Origin: Acidimicrobiales bacterium
GTDB lineage: Bacteria; Actinomycetota; Acidimicrobiia; Acidimicrobiales; SZUA-35
Direction of reading: 5' to 3'
Assembly: GCA_020630065.1 (NCBI GenBank)
Contig: JAHDCC010000006.1
Location: 61,695 to 125,694 of the forward strand
DNA: 64,000 nucleotides
Shown here: positions 63,632-64,000 of the stretch, one piece after another
Layout of the letters: every line of letters begins with the position of its first letter
Position numbering within the stretch: position 1 is the stretch's first letter
The notes under the pieces: generated by a model
What the model saw: only the letters and a program-made list of their open reading frames with translations
What the model was told of the DNA's origin: nothing
Databases searched by the model: none
Translations under genes and position numbers: made by a program

Positions 63632-64000
63632 ATGCATATACTCGGTATCGTGATCAAGAATGCACTGTTGGCGCTACTCGGCAACGAACAAAAGTATGGA
63701 TACCAGCTCAAGAACGACTTTGAAGCAGCGACAGGCACTGCCTGGGTTCTAAACATTGGGCAGGTATACACAACCCTTCAACGCCTCGAACGAGACGGGG
63801 CAATCGTTGCGCTTGGTCAAGACGACGATGGTCGTTCGCTCTATGAACTGTCAGCCACCGGACGAGAGATACTGTCTGAGTGGCTTAGTTCGGCGGTAAT
63901 CCGTTCGGTTTCAACCCGAGACGAAGTCACTATGAAGGTGCTCGTGGCCAGCGCCACGGGAGTAATCGACCCCGCAACGCCAATATCGATTCAACGGCAA
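63632..64000 (+). CDS. PadR-family transcriptional regulator, 3'-truncated by the window edge
   Basis: Hand translation of frame 2: MHILGIVIKNALLALLGNEQKYGYQLKNDFEAATGTAWVLNIGQVYTTLQRLERDGAIVALGQDDDGRSLYELSATGREIL... It is open to the window end and not in the ORF track. Confidence 0.8.
   Translation, partial: MHILGIVIKNALLALLGNEQKYGYQLKNDFEAATGTAWVLNIGQVYTTLQRLERDGAIVALGQDDDGRSLYELSATGREILSEWLSSAVIRSVSTRDEVTMKVLVASATGVIDPATPISIQRQ

Overview
This window is the replication-origin-proximal part of a chromosome. Its gene order is typical of Actinomycetota: dnaN (5'-truncated), recF, DUF721/DciA-like, gyrB, gyrA, DUF3566 membrane protein, tRNA-Ile. GC content looks moderate by eye; I did not compute it. 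I support about 60 CDS, 4 tRNAs (Ile-GAU, Arg-ACG, Ser-GCU, Ser-UGA), several hairpin terminators and several candidate operator or repeat sites. I found no rRNA, CRISPR array, integrase, transposase or recognisable mobile-element boundary. After about 9.3 kb the region becomes a mosaic. It holds a FliA/WhiG-like sigma factor, RidA, rpmB-rpmG, a MoxR/DUF58/DUF4129/PH-domain operon and a UDP-sugar trio. It also holds LysR/TetR/PadR regulators, lipoproteins, a MacB-type ABC exporter, a GH63-like glucosidase, an ArfA/OmpA-like pair and a Rieske/tautomerase/NTF2/WrbA redox string. Five loci stand out. (1) 42.2-47.7 kb links a two-component system to a signal-peptide mini-protein, two membrane proteins and tandemly duplicated C-x4-C exported proteins; it is a candidate peptide production or maturation system with none of its specific products placed in a family. 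(2) 49.3-51.9 kb is a translationally coupled gene pair next to tRNA-Ser, a coiled-coil protein of unknown family plus a DUF4041/T5orf172 protein; it is a candidate defence module. (3) 35.1-36.7 kb is a single polypeptide fusing an ECF sigma, a zinc anti-sigma motif, a TM helix and a PASTA domain. (4) An orphan beta-class DNA methyltransferase with an extra C-terminal domain lies beside tRNA-Arg. (5) A DnaA-box-like cluster and a mini-ORF lie between dnaN and recF. All family assignments come from reading motifs by eye; no searches were run.
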